A stretch of 64,000 nt of DNA from Carcharhinus longimanus (lineage: Eukaryota). Position numbers and translations under genes: made by a program. The notes under the pieces were generated by a model that saw nothing but the letters and a program-made list of their open reading frames with translations, had not been told where the DNA came from and did no database searches. This document shows, one piece after another, positions 62,365-64,000 of the stretch; the first letter of the stretch is position 1, and each line of letters starts with the position of its first letter. The stretch lies in assembly GCA_030264375.1 (NCBI GenBank), contig JASCQW010000061.1:113254610-113318609 (forward strand), in the 5' to 3' direction.

Positions 62365-62430
62365 CTTTTAATTTGTGTAGAAAACGCTTTGGAAAACAAA
62401 GTTTTATCAGTTGCAGTGGTGGGGAGATGG
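62365..62430 (+). CDS. CLASP2: Candidate 66-nt CLASP2 alternative exon, phase 1/1
   Basis: Boundaries gagtgcgacag|CT TTT AAT...GAG ATG G|gtaggc give (P/A)FNLCRKRFGKQSFISCSGGEM. It is open in the required phase, divisible by 3 and in repeat-free intron. No homology is confirmed. Confidence 0.45.
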
Positions 62431-63104
62431 GTAGGCATTGCAATATTAATGCACTGATCTTGGTTCAAAGCCATAATGCTTGCAGTTTACTGACCATTTC
62501 TTCCTCCAGAATATATTTGAAAAACTGTTTCATTTGATTTTCTTTCACGTACCTGAATGCTGTGTGAGACTTTAGTTGTGTTGTTCAGTTGGCATGTTTA
62601 CAGATGACCAGGTGTTACATCTTCAGGCATACAATAATCCACCACTGAAGTGTAAAAACCTGACTTCTCACGTACTCATACAGTTTCATATTTTCTTCAT
62701 GTACCCATGCAAAAGGTTCATTTTGCATCATCACGTGCATGAATTTTAGTATTTTGGTATGCAGTTTTAATATGTTGCCTAGATTTTGATCACAGAGAAG
62801 CTGGAGGAGAACAATCCTTTAATTTAATTTGCACTTGTAATACTAGTGTTACTTTATTCTCAGTAACTGCAAGTGCAAGTGCACATGGTCATGACTTGGA
62901 CAGTTTCCTTTTGGGGACAGTCTGTTACTCTGACATAACCTGAAACTGCAAGAACTGATGAAACTCATTCCAAGTGTGTTTCACACAACTAAGCATGAAG
63001 ATGTCATGAGGCCAGGATTGTGAACTTGCTGTTTGAGTTGCCAGTCCATTTGTCAGTGCTTGTTAGTTTTGTACCACCATGATCCTAGTGTACTAAATTT
63101 TTCA

Positions 63105-63720
63105 GGCGGAATTCTCCCACTCCACTGGGGCAGATGCAGAGAATCTGGTGGGAACCAAAAAGTCAGAAACCTGCAGGTGTAAAATTACGTCGCACTTCTC
63201 CCAATGGCAGGTTAATGGCATCCTGCTGACAGGTTATGTTAATGATATTTATATTCATTTGCATCTCATGAATGCTTATTAAAACAGCTGCCTACTGGTG
63301 TTCGATCAAGCTTTCCAATCTTGTGTTACACCAGCAGAAAAACATGTAAAACATGTAAAACCCGATCGCTAAAGAGTGGCGTGCACAAGGCTGCCCTCAG
63401 TTCACCAGAGACTTTGAGGTGAGTGCAACAATATCATAGAGCTGTGCTATTCCTGATACACTGTTCACCACTCTACCGGCACAAGCCAGTTCTTGCCCTC
63501 CATGTCCATGCCAAGCTGCACTTCACAGACAGCACTGTGCTGCTGGACACATGGATGCTCCTGTGTCACAGCTTCAGCACGATGCCTGGGGCTGGGGAGT
63601 AAAATGGTCTCCTTCCCCACTAGTGCCATAAAACAATGCCCATCAGGACAGCACCGTGCTGTGGGACTCATGCAGCCACCACAACAAAGGTCTGAAGTTT
63701 GACCAAGGATAGACTGAGAA
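63105..63720. mobile_element. Probable Harbinger-like DNA transposon end
   Basis: Begins ggcggaattctccc, similar to the TIR at 55675 and to ends at about 19846 and 18408-18420. No coding motif recognised. Confidence 0.4.
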
Positions 63721-63807
63721 GAGGTGGGTGGGTCCTCTGAATCCCTTTTGCCTTTGTCAGGCTACCAATGTGGAAGGAGGGTAGAAAAGAGCAAGAGCTC
63801 TCAAAGG

Positions 63808-63884
63808 CATAAGAACATAAGAAATAGGAGCAGGAGTAGGTCATCTGGCCCTTCGAGCCTGCCCCGCCATTCAATAAGATCATG
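63808..63884 (-). mobile_element. Young CR1 3' tail running into a gap
   Basis: cataagaacataagaaataggagcaggagtagg is nearly identical to 7045-7095. Confidence 0.85.
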
Positions 63885-64000
63885 NNNNNNNNNNNNNNNN
63901 NNNNNNNNNNNNNNNNNNNNNNNNNNNNNNNNNNNNNNNNNNNNNNNNNNNNNNNNNNNNNNNNNNNNNNNNNNNNNNNNNNNNCAGCCTATCTAGATCC

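Noticed and set aside
1-64000. Most ORFs in the six-frame track, including long ORFs across N runs
   Set aside because: They are short ORFs with alternative starts, TE fragments or artefacts of ambiguous bases. The real gene is spliced.
1-64000. Intronic U4atac snRNA, which the paralog CLASP1 hosts in human
   Set aside because: I saw no match to the recalled U4atac sequence and the gene looks like CLASP2. A covariance-model scan would be needed to exclude ncRNAs formally.
1-64000. CRISPR array, operon or other prokaryotic or viral system
   Set aside because: No regularly spaced repeats and no gene-dense segment. The content is vertebrate intron and TE throughout.

Overview
This is eukaryotic, AT-rich intronic DNA with many N gaps, most likely from a shark or other elasmobranch, judged from HE1/V-SINE-type SINEs, dense CR1 LINEs and Penelope ends. 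The whole window lies inside one + strand gene, CLASP2 (CLIP-associating protein 2). I could splice 11 exons by hand (3691-55949), all with AG/GT boundaries and consistent phases. They encode the TOG2 domain and the start of the Ser/Arg-rich linker, including a 24-nt microexon. Two further frame-preserving cassette candidates (27 nt at 56112-56138, 66 nt at 62365-62430) and several stop-containing cassette candidates sit in repeat-poor intron rich in splicing motifs. The rest is nested, decayed transposons: CR1, L2, Rex1/Babar, a probable RNase H-bearing LINE, a Gypsy LTR element, Harbinger remnants and a MITE, Penelope ends with broken hammerhead cores, and three SINE families. Almost all ORFs in the supplied track are spurious or TE fragments. 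I see no convincing new biological system. The best leads are the CLASP2 microexon cluster, inverted SINEs that could circularise a stop-free 375-nt exon block, and some unusual TE rearrangements. Homology calls come from recalled family motifs rather than searches, and TE boundaries are approximate.
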